This document shows positions 62,670-64,000 of a stretch of DNA of 64,000 bases, piece by piece. Within the stretch, counting starts at the first letter, position 1; each line of letters begins with the position of its first letter. The notes under the pieces are model-generated. The model saw nothing but the letters and a program-made list of their open reading frames with translations. It did not search any database and had not been told where the DNA came from. Source of the DNA: a virus. Lineage: Duplodnaviria > Caudoviricetes. Both the position numbers and the translations under genes were made by a program. The DNA lies in IMG/VR virus record IMGVR_UViG_3300046779_001841, positions 32,001 through 96,000 of that record; one strand, given 5' to 3'.

Positions 62670-63818
62670 ATGACTAAAAATAGGATTTGTGAAATGGATA
62701 AAAATCTTTTAGTAAAACTTTATGCTGAAAAACCTGCAAGTGATATTGCTAAACAACATAATCTTAAACCTTTTCAAGTTCAAGAACTCTTAAGATTATA
62801 TGATATTCCTAAACCATACAGAAATAAAGATGGTAAAGCATTAGATATAAATCATATCCAAGATCTCTATCACAAGCAATCTATGTCTATTAAAGACATT
62901 TGCTTAATGCTTAATGCCAGTACAGATATGATAACCAATCTTTTATATACACAACAAGAGAAAACTAAACCTACTCTTGAACAATTAAAAGATTGCTTAA
63001 ATCTATCTAAAAGACAAATCGCTATCAAGTTTGGTCTTAAAGAATATGACATTCATAGATTGTTGTTAGAATATAACTTAATTTCTAATCCATACAATGT
63101 TTCTAAAGAACAAGCATCTAAAGAATATGAAACACTTTCTGTTGATCAAATCGCTAGAAAGCACCATATAGAACCTATTAATGTTTCTGTAAAACTTAAA
63201 GAATATGGTTTGATTAAAGATGTAAATATTGAGCAACTTAGAACTCTTTATTGTGATGAAAGAAAAACGATCAAAGAAATTCTTTCTATCTTAGAAACAT
63301 CTGAAACCACTTTATGGCGTTTGATTAAGAAACATAAACTTCAACGACCTTTTAATCCAGATCGCAAAGAGTTTTTTAAACTTTGGAATAATAACACCAA
63401 AACAGTAGGTGAGAATATCAAACTGATGGCTGATTATTATAAAGTATCTGTAAATGCAATTCGCTTGACTGCTAAAAAGTTAAATATCAGTAAAAAGACA
63501 ACTCCTATCAAGATCAAATATACTTCTGATGACTTACAAAAACTCCTCAACAAGCATGGTCTTTTTGGATTGTCTGTTATTCTTCAAATGACTGTGCCTA
63601 ATGTTAAGCGTGCTTTAAGAAGATATGACATCACGATTAAAAAAACACCTGTTAAAGAACCTGATATAGAAGCAATAACACATCTATATCAAACTAAACA
63701 TTTACATCTTAAAAAACAATATTCTATACTAGAGATTGCAAAAGAGTTGAACATGAAACCCACACCACTTCAAAAATTGATAAAAAAATATAAAATTTTG
63801 CGACCTTCGTTGCAATGA
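62670..63818 (+). CDS. Multi-HTH DNA-binding protein (about 8 repeats)
   Basis: Tandem ~45-aa L..LY....S...IA......V...L..Y.I repeats; no nuclease domain recognised. Confidence 0.7.
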   Translation: MTKNRICEMDKNLLVKLYAEKPASDIAKQHNLKPFQVQELLRLYDIPKPYRNKDGKALDINHIQDLYHKQSMSIKDICLMLNASTDMITNLLYTQQEKTKPTLEQLKDCLNLSKRQIAIKFGLKEYDIHRLLLEYNLISNPYNVSKEQASKEYETLSVDQIARKHHIEPINVSVKLKEYGLIKDVNIEQLRTLYCDERKTIKEILSILETSETTLWRLIKKHKLQRPFNPDRKEFFKLWNNNTKTVGENIKLMADYYKVSVNAIRLTAKKLNISKKTTPIKIKYTSDDLQKLLNKHGLFGLSVILQMTVPNVKRALRRYDITIKKTPVKEPDIEAITHLYQTKHLHLKKQYSILEIAKELNMKPTPLQKLIKKYKILRPSLQ

Positions 63819-63840
63819 ACTTATAACCACAAGTGTTATA
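63809..63840 (+). promoter_or_regulatory. Class I promoter motif
   Basis: gttgcaatgaacttataaccacaagtgttata. Confidence 0.7.
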
Positions 63841-63878
63841 GATATATAACACACTAAAACAAAAAAAGGATTACTGCC

Positions 63879-64000
63879 ATGTTAGAAGCACTTATTCATT
63901 CAACAGACACTTTCTGTTTTTTAGTAGATGAAAACTACTTAGATTTTCCCAACCATCTTATTGCTTTTGAAGAAGATATGTTTGGCAATTTATATCTAAT
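63879..64000 (+). CDS. Hypothetical early protein (runs off window)
   Basis: AAGGA RBS, MLEALIHSTDTF..., open to the window end. Confidence 0.55.
   Translation, partial: MLEALIHSTDTFCFLVDENYLDFPNHLIAFEEDMFGNLYL

Noticed and set aside
1-64000. Stop-codon reassignment as in some large phages
   Set aside because: TAG (10814, 50138) and TGA (13429, 15016) end genes at sensible places, and known enzymes and fibres up to 1929 aa are intact in the standard code.
1-64000. Eukaryotic giant virus or cellular chromosome origin
   Set aside because: SD sites, a peptidoglycan endolysin, tail fibres, NusG/DnaX/SspB and dense small hypothetical genes point to a bacteriophage. Cellular genes occur as isolated captures.
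1-64000. tRNA, rRNA or group I intron
   Set aside because: Intergenic gaps are short and AT-rich, with no cloverleaf or conserved RNA motifs noticed, and thyX and other enzymes are uninterrupted. A covariance-model scan would be needed to exclude them fully.

Overview
AT-rich (roughly 30% GC by eye), gene-dense fragment of a large tailed bacteriophage (jumbo-phage-like). It uses Shine-Dalgarno sites (AAGGA) and the standard genetic code. Contents: (i) 1-9.9 kb: GIY-YIG nucleases, an M15 endolysin, a degenerate GroEL-like chaperonin, an SspB-like adaptor, a DarG-like macrodomain, a pyrimidine-dimer glycosylase and small early genes. (ii) 10-19.9 kb: otherwise dissimilar proteins that all begin MISQKLASLEARIAKLE, plus a type IB topoisomerase. 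(iii) 20-41.6 kb: about 22 kb of mosaic tail-fibre/adhesin genes on the minus strand. (iv) 41.7-46.8 kb: tandem HEXXH proteins, a sigma-region-4-like protein, a NusG paralog and DnaX. (v) 47-64 kb: MazG-like, ClpP-like, PurB, ThyX, an OmpA/TSP3 outer-membrane protein, a second Topo IB and multi-HTH proteins. The strongest unexplained signal is a shared leader plus N-terminal peptide cassette fused to diverse cargo ORFs, which I infer is a capsid-targeting or propeptide system. The window also has at least three classes of upstream motif; one is followed at a fixed distance by a small covarying hairpin. No tRNA, rRNA, CRISPR array or reverse transcriptase was recognised. All family assignments come from motif recognition by eye, not database searches.
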